Source: a virus
IMG/VR virus record: IMGVR_UViG_3300045988_017255
DNA length: 42,384 nt
Strand: one strand, 5' to 3'
Shown here: positions 39,180 to 42,384 of the stretch, piece by piece
Layout of the letters: every line of letters starts with the position of its first letter
How positions within the stretch are numbered: position 1 is the stretch's first letter
The notes under the pieces: generated by a model
What the model saw: the letters and a program-made list of their open reading frames with translations, nothing else
What the model was told of the DNA's origin: nothing
The model's database searches: none
Position numbers and translations under genes: made by a program

Positions 39180-39773
39180 TTATTCTTCCTTTCTAAACAA
39201 ATCCATATTTGCGGCGATTGCAGCGCGCCGCTCCGTTCTGTCGGTGATTTTCATAATCTCGTCCTTGGTCATAGGCTTGCCGCCCTCGTTGAGCCGTGCG
39301 CCCATGTCCAGCCGGACAGCAGGCTTAGAAACAAGGCTCTTATAGGTGCCGTCTACGAGAGCGTCAAGGCTCTTGGTGTCCTTGATCTTCTCGCCGTCCA
39401 GCTCCAAGGCAGACATTTCCTCGCCGCATCCGCGCATGGCAAGGTCGAGATTTGCGCCGGTGATGTTTTTGCTCTCAAAGTAAGCCCGGACGGCTTTTTC
39501 CTTTGCCGCCTTGCTCTCCTTTGCCGTGATGTCGGTCTTAAAGGCTTCAAAGGCCGAGTGTTCCTTCTCGTACTTCTCCTTATAACCGCCGTCACCTGCC
39601 GCCTTGAGGTCGTCCAACTGCTTCTGAACGCCGGGCAGCTTCTCCGCATCGTCCTTGTAGCGGGTCACATCCGCCTTTAGGCCGTCCACAGTGTCGGTAT
39701 GCGCTTCGATGATGGTATCTACCTGCTCATCGGTGAGACCCATACCCTTCAAAAGTTTGCGTGTAAGTGCCAT
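39180..39773 (-). CDS. Scaffolding protein (GP20-like)
   Basis: 197 aa, helical and charged. MALTRKLLKGMGLTDEQVDTIIEAHTDTVDGLK... is a GP20-type N-terminus. Confidence 0.8.
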   Translation of the reverse strand: MALTRKLLKGMGLTDEQVDTIIEAHTDTVDGLKADVTRYKDDAEKLPGVQKQLDDLKAAGDGGYKEKYEKEHSAFEAFKTDITAKESKAAKEKAVRAYFESKNITGANLDLAMRGCGEEMSALELDGEKIKDTKSLDALVDGTYKSLVSKPAVRLDMGARLNEGGKPMTKDEIMKITDRTERRAAIAANMDLFRKEE

Positions 39774-39854
39774 GACACTATCTCCTTTTCTTTGGCCGCG
39801 TTTCTTCGCGGACGATAGTTTTTATAAAAACCGCTGTGCTTCGCGGGTTTTACT

Positions 39855-39899
39855 TAAAACAAAAGAGCCAACCACCGAGAATTCCTCAGCAGTTGGCTC
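39855..39899 (-). terminator. Intrinsic terminator inside the head module
   Basis: On the minus strand: stem GAGCCAAC...GTTGGCTC with an inner CTGAG/CTCGG helix, then TTTTGTTTT. Confidence 0.65.
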
Positions 39900-39940
39900 C
39901 TATTGCCCTTTCCCGCGCCCTATTGCGCGGAAGATGTTAT

Positions 39941-40117
39941 TTACTTATCGTTGATGTGCGGCATTACCGCCGCAAGAATAAACTCTTTCACACTTACGCC
40001 TTGCCGTTCTGCGGCATCGCGTATTTTTTTGCCAATTTCTTTATCCATCCTCACCGTTATGGTGTCCTGTTTTCGGTTGTACTTCGTGCTTGCCCTTATC
40101 TGCGCCTCTGTTGCCAT
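39941..40117 (-). CDS. Ribbon-helix-helix (Arc/Mnt/CopG-like) DNA-binding protein, 58 aa
   Basis: ATG at 40117 with an AAGGAGG SD. ...QDTITVRMDKEIGKKIRDAAERQGVSVKEFILAAV shows the RHH pattern. Confidence 0.6.
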   Translation of the reverse strand: MATEAQIRASTKYNRKQDTITVRMDKEIGKKIRDAAERQGVSVKEFILAAVMPHINDK

Positions 40118-40139
40118 ACTGCAAACCTCCTTTTGCAAC

Positions 40140-40168
40140 ATGGTATCACATTCCTTGCAATAAGTCAA
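40140..40168 (-). promoter_or_regulatory. Candidate promoter of the RHH gene (TTGACT-N17-TACCAT)
   Basis: On the minus strand, -35 is at 40163-40168 and -10 at 40140-40145. Confidence 0.45.
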
Positions 40169-40178
40169 CTTATACATT

Positions 40179-40210
40179 TTCAACAATCCAATCTGCAATT
40201 TATTGTTGAA
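40179..40210. promoter_or_regulatory. 9-bp inverted repeat TTCAACAAT-N14-ATTGTTGAA between divergent promoters (candidate operator)
   Basis: Perfect arms at 40179-40187 and 40202-40210. Confidence 0.55.
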
Positions 40211-40219
40211 TATCCCATC

Positions 40220-40248
40220 TTGAAATATAAGTAAACTTATATTATCAT
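40220..40248 (+). promoter_or_regulatory. Candidate promoter (TTGAAA-N17-TATCAT)
   Basis: -35 at 40220-40225 and -10 at 40243-40248. It drives two small plus-strand genes. Confidence 0.5.
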
Positions 40249-40265
40249 ATACTCACAAGGAACAA

Positions 40266-40496
40266 ATGAGACAGGCAAAAGCCGGAAAGGAAATTGACAT
40301 GAACGCCATTGAAATAAAAGCTTATGAAATTGGCATCAAGGAGGCGCACGAGCAAAGGAAAATTGTTCCCGCTTGCAAAAGTAACGCGATGTACGGTCTC
40401 ATGGAAGAAGTAAAAAACGGACTTTTGCCACTTATTAAGGCTTATGATGCAGGAGTTGCTTACGAGATCAATCGTCAAACGAAACTCGGGTTTTAA
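40266..40496 (+). CDS. Unknown 76-aa protein (moron, plus strand)
   Basis: ORF with an AAGGA SD. An alternative ATG lies at 40299. AT-rich. Confidence 0.5.
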   Translation: MRQAKAGKEIDMNAIEIKAYEIGIKEAHEQRKIVPACKSNAMYGLMEEVKNGLLPLIKAYDAGVAYEINRQTKLGF

Positions 40497-40545
40497 CTCA
40501 AACTCCCAACCAGTAAGTTACGATGGTAGAAAGGAAAACAAAGCA

Positions 40546-40719
40546 ATGAATATTAACTTGAAAACAAGGACGATTAAACTGTCCCGCCGTGAAGTAATCG
40601 ACTTACTCCTTATGCTTGATACCAACTATGAAAGCGGAAAGTGGAACGCGTTACACGACAAAATCAAGGAACAGTTGGACATTCAAGACAGTAAAGATAA
40701 CGATTTCCCCGCCCCTTAA
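40546..40719 (+). CDS. Unknown 57-aa protein (moron, plus strand)
   Basis: MNINLKTRTIKLSRREVIDLLLMLDTNYESGKW... The stop lies inside the terminator loop. Confidence 0.5.
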   Translation: MNINLKTRTIKLSRREVIDLLLMLDTNYESGKWNALHDKIKEQLDIQDSKDNDFPAP

Positions 40720-40736
40720 CCGGGGCGGTTTCTTTT
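40709..40736 (+). terminator. Intrinsic terminator
   Basis: Stem CCGCCCC / GGGGCGG, then TTTCTTTT. Confidence 0.7.
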
Positions 40737-40869
40737 ATGTTTGAGTGCTGTATTTGATTGTTTTCTTAACCTCTAAGACAATGTACCCATCGCCCTTGCG
40801 GCGGATTTCAGCATCGTTTCCGCGCTTCAAAATTGCATCGATTGCCTTTTTGACTTCTTCCCAGTTCAA
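40735..40869 (-). CDS. Small protein (44 aa) coupled to the MuF-like gene
   Basis: TTG start overlapping the upstream TGA. (M)NWEEVKKAIDAILKRGNDAEIRRKGDGYIVLEVKKTIKYSTQT. Not in the ORF track. Confidence 0.35.
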   Translation of the reverse strand: MNWEEVKKAIDAILKRGNDAEIRRKGDGYIVLEVKKTIKYSTQT

Positions 40870-42041
40870 TACAGCACCTTCATTCTTTCCCGCTGCTCCG
40901 GCAGTCCTGCCGCCACGCTGAACGCTTTGTATTTCGCGTTTAACCGCCGTAGCCTTATGTTTACCGCAGTCTCATCTTCATGCAATCCTGCTGCCTTGTA
41001 GGCGGCTTTTTCGCGCTTTAGCTTTCTAACCGTTCGTTCAATACGGCGCTGCATCTGGGTTGCCTCGTATGCCGTGTAATCCTTGCCATCAAACGTGCAT
41101 CCGTGGTCATCATCGATGTGCTCCAACTGTTCATTCGTGTAAGTGCGCTCGGACACGCCCTCAACCCACGGAAACCGCCTGTGGCGGCAGTTGGCCCCTT
41201 CCAGACCGTCAACAGCGCCCAGGCCGCAAACATCATAAATGCTCGGGTAAATGTCCCCTACACGGACGCTGTAAACACGTCCTTGCCAATCCTTATGCGA
41301 TGACCACGGTGACGGTCCCGGCTTATCTCGCGCGCCAACATGGGCCGATACTTCAAAATAGGGCGTATCCAGATATTCTGAGGATTGCTCCGTATACTTG
41401 GCGCAGATTTGAGATACGCCGGTCATTACGGCTCTTCGCACGGCAACATCGACATGATCCCGATGGCCGCTCTCGTAGTCAACCACTTTCAGACCGCTGT
41501 CCGCGAGTTCCTTTACCGCCGTTTTAATTGCCTGATTGTAGTTAATTGCACCGCTCTGCACCTGCAACGCTGCGCTGTCAAGTGCCCATTGGTACGCTTT
41601 GGCAGGTGGGAGCATCGTACGACCTGCGTCCACCAAAAAGCCAATCGAAGCGGTGATGTTTCGGAACACGTCTTGCGTTTGCCGTTTGATGGCGTCAATG
41701 GTGGTTGCATCCACCAGCACGTCAGGCTGTGTTACACGGGCAAGGTCTATGACCTCGGTGTAATACTTTTGGTTGCGCTCCACCACATCGTCTATCAGCT
41801 CGTTTAGTTTTTTCTCGCTGATGCCGGTAGTCTGGCGTATGGCCTTTTCAATCTCTTTCAGATCGATGGCGTGTGACCGCAGCGCCTTGATGTCCTGCAC
41901 CGTAACCTCGTTCAGCTCGTCCCGCAGCTTCAGCCGGGAACATATCTCCATCAGCAGGGTGTCCTCAAGGCCTCGGTATAACTCCGCCAGCTCTTCTGGA
42001 AGGGCATCCAGCAGTTGAGGGGTGAATGGATACTGGCTCAT
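40866..42041 (-). CDS. Minor head protein (SPP1 gp7 / Mu F-like)
   Basis: About 391 aa, downstream of portal across the contig junction. Pattern ...AINYNQAIKTAVKELADSGL...HVGARD...CRHR... I place the start at the ATG at 42041; the track ORF uses a TTG at 42065. Confidence 0.8.
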   Translation of the reverse strand: MSQYPFTPQLLDALPEELAELYRGLEDTLLMEICSRLKLRDELNEVTVQDIKALRSHAIDLKEIEKAIRQTTGISEKKLNELIDDVVERNQKYYTEVIDLARVTQPDVLVDATTIDAIKRQTQDVFRNITASIGFLVDAGRTMLPPAKAYQWALDSAALQVQSGAINYNQAIKTAVKELADSGLKVVDYESGHRDHVDVAVRRAVMTGVSQICAKYTEQSSEYLDTPYFEVSAHVGARDKPGPSPWSSHKDWQGRVYSVRVGDIYPSIYDVCGLGAVDGLEGANCRHRRFPWVEGVSERTYTNEQLEHIDDDHGCTFDGKDYTAYEATQMQRRIERTVRKLKREKAAYKAAGLHEDETAVNIRLRRLNAKYKAFSVAAGLPEQRERMKVLY

Positions 42042-42127
42042 TTTCCATAGCCTAAAAATACCCAATTTGGGCTTTCATCTGTACCAGTGTTTACCCAAAA
42101 AGTCCCAGTTTTTTCTCCATAACCCAT
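42038..42127 (-). CDS. Mini-ORF (29 aa)
   Basis: MGYGEKTGTFWVNTGTDESPNWVFLGYGK. GGGGAGG SD 8 nt upstream. Start and stop overlap the neighbouring genes (TAATG, ATGA). Confidence 0.35.
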   Translation of the reverse strand: MGYGEKTGTFWVNTGTDESPNWVFLGYGK

Positions 42128-42306
42128 TACTCTACCTCCCCAATGTCAAAAATATCTTCTATGTTTACATTAGATTTTGCAATAATTCTCCCTTTGCCGC
42201 CTGCATAAAAATCGAGCATGTGTCCGTTCAGAAATCCAACAAAAAAGCCATTCGGCCAAATAGGTGGATTGTCGCAAAGTACAGACAAATTCGATATTTT
42301 GTGCAT
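42127..42306 (-). CDS. Small hypothetical protein (59 aa)
   Basis: MHKISNLSVLCDNPPIWPNGFFVGFLNGHMLDFYAGGKGRIIAKSNVNIEDIFDIGEVE. AT-rich, with a weak SD. Lies between portal and the MuF-like gene. Confidence 0.35.
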   Translation of the reverse strand: MHKISNLSVLCDNPPIWPNGFFVGFLNGHMLDFYAGGKGRIIAKSNVNIEDIFDIGEVE

Positions 42307-42329
42307 GTGAATGAAAAGAGAATATTCCT

Positions 42330-42384
42330 TATCTTGTGCAACAGCCCGGGCTCGACAAAAAAGATTTTACCATTCCTATGTAAT
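42330..42384. repeat. Terminal direct repeat, copy 2 (identical to 1-55)
   Basis: Exact 55-nt match to the window start. Confidence 0.95.

Larger units (their letters stand above)
1..42384. mobile_element. Complete temperate siphovirus-like phage genome (circularly closed contig)
   Basis: Lysogeny, early/replication, packaging, head, tail and lysis modules and attP are all present. An exact 55-nt terminal overlap closes the circle. The minus-strand gene array continues in register across the junction (portal at 63-1466, then small ORFs and the MuF-like gene at 40866-42306). Confidence 0.85.

Noticed and set aside
1-42384. Search for a reverse transcriptase (retron/DGR), cas genes, transposases, full tRNA/tmRNA genes or toxin domains.
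   Set aside because: None of the translated ORFs shows RT (YxDD), Cas, DDE or other such motifs that I can recognise. The variable-repeat gene at 16233-16952 has no template repeat elsewhere in the window.

Overview
The window is a complete, circularly closed temperate siphovirus-type phage genome of about 42.33 kb: nt 1-55 are identical to nt 42330-42384. The protein families look Clostridia-like and the DNA is GC-rich, so the host is probably a GC-rich Firmicute (inference; no searches were run). Almost all genes lie on the minus strand and read as one long array. It starts at a cro-like switch near 17.5 kb, then runs through early, recombination and replication genes: Erf, NinB-like, SSB, a replisome organizer with internal iterons, a DnaC-like loader, a PAPS-reductase-like enzyme, RusA and a DNA methyltransferase. 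Next come a putative late regulator (5244-5708) and a roughly 300-nt structured leader ending in a terminator. These are followed by a ParB-methyltransferase, TerS, TerL and portal. The array then crosses the contig junction into a MuF-like minor head protein, scaffold, major capsid, connectors, major tail, chaperones, tape measure, Dit/Tal/fibre, a holin/amidase lysis cassette, accessory genes and attP. The plus strand carries the lysogeny module (17.6-21.4 kb): a tiny Ser/Lys-rich peptide gene, an AT-richer 233-aa unknown gene co-transcribed with a CI-like HTH repressor, a membrane-anchored XRE regulator, and a tyrosine integrase. The integrase sits next to an attP core that matches the 3' part of a tRNA-Lys(UUU). 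Several AT-richer morons have their own promoters and terminators inside the late operon. The best candidates for undescribed biology are: (a) an acidic-protein/unknown/RHH cassette at 25.0-26.1 kb; (b) an Arc/Mnt-like divergent switch in the head module at 39.9-40.7 kb; (c) an antisense membrane-protein moron beside the tape-measure gene; (d) the late leader RNA plus an antisense sRNA candidate; (e) the 8-gene cluster between the lysis genes and attP. All functional calls come from motif recognition by eye and from synteny.
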